A DNA stretch of 43,420 nt from Kagunavirus LM02P1, in sequence record OZ035819.1; one strand, given 5' to 3'. Made by a program: the position numbers and the translations under genes. The notes below the pieces were generated by a model, which did no database searches, was not told where the DNA came from, and saw only the letters and a list, made by a program, of their open reading frames with translations. Below, piece by piece: positions 42,938 through 43,420 of this stretch; the stretch's first letter is position 1, and the number at the start of each line of letters is the position of its first letter.

Positions 42938-43420
42938 ATGAAACTTACACTTAAGCAACCATCACCTGAGGTGGTGCAAGCTGCGCATGAAGAGGCTGTT
43001 AGCGCCAACCGTCGCCGTAAACGACCGCGCGGCAAACAGAGCCTTTATCAATCATCCCGTAATTCCGCGGCATTGTGGAATCCAGATTATTGCGACGAAC
43101 TGATTCGTTTCTTTGACCGCAACTCGTGGGAACTTGTGCCCACGTCCAAGGGTGATGAACGTCCTCTTATTCAGGATAAGCCCCCGTCACTGGCTCGCTT
43201 CGCCTTACACATCGGCGTTACTATCCCGATTATTAAGCTGTGGCTGCGCGAGATTCCCGCATTTGCAGAAGCCTATGAAACCGCTCAGGCGCTGGAAGAG
43301 GCGTATTTCACTGAGACAGGCGCAGCTGGTATCTCGGCTACGTTTGCTGCTGCTAAGTTGGGGTTGAATAAGAAAGAAGAATCAACGGGCGAGGGTTCAG
43401 AACCTATTGAGATTCGATTC
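42938..43420 (+). CDS. terS: terminase small subunit (5' part; ORF continues at 1..30)
   Basis: ATG at 42938 with RBS AGGGGG; no stop to window end; basic N-terminus RRRKRPRGK and HTH-like SLARFALHIGVTIPIIKLWLRE; directly precedes terL across the window junction. Confidence 0.65.
   Translation, partial: MKLTLKQPSPEVVQAAHEEAVSANRRRKRPRGKQSLYQSSRNSAALWNPDYCDELIRFFDRNSWELVPTSKGDERPLIQDKPPSLARFALHIGVTIPIIKLWLREIPAFAEAYETAQALEEAYFTETGAAGISATFAAAKLGLNKKEESTGEGSEPIEIRF

Noticed and set aside
1-43420. tRNA genes, CRISPR arrays, integrase or repressor/lysogeny module
   Set aside because: No cloverleaf-compatible segment with a GTTCGAATC-type T-loop, no regularly spaced direct repeats, and no tyrosine/serine recombinase-sized ORF or motif; the XRE and AlpA-like HTH proteins alone do not make a lysogeny module.

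Overview
This 43,420-bp window reads as a complete genome of a virulent tailed dsDNA phage with siphovirus-type gene order, linearised inside the small terminase gene: the ORF that starts at 42938 has no stop before the window end and continues in frame at 1..30. It resembles the ~43-kb lytic enterobacterial siphoviruses that carry their own family-A DNA polymerase, but that assignment is from memory and unverified. Layout: a + strand late operon (terS, terL, portal, head morphogenesis, overlapped Rz/Rz1 spanins, scaffold, major capsid, connectors, major tail, chaperones, tape measure, minor tail proteins, J-like fibre, distal fibre; 42938 across the junction to 22718); a - strand replication module (35447 down to 22769: AlpA-like HTH, primase-polymerase/helicase, DUF2800-like nuclease, HNH-AP2 endonuclease, DUF2815-like SSB, PolA, VRR-NUC, C5-methyltransferase-like protein, SNF2 helicase); + strand early small genes (35932..39236, including an HslV-like Ntn hydrolase and a triple zinc-ribbon protein); holin/membrane protein/GH24 lysozyme (39296..40335); and a further block of small genes (40516..42811). 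Two antisense islands driven by near-identical sigma70-type promoters interrupt the late operon (4362..4655 and 11934..13892). The second island, encoding a superinfection-immunity-like membrane protein, an HTH-fused metallophosphoesterase and three small proteins, is my best candidate for an undescribed accessory system. No tRNA, CRISPR array, integrase or repressor/lysogeny module was found. All functional calls rest on motifs read by eye; no database search was run.
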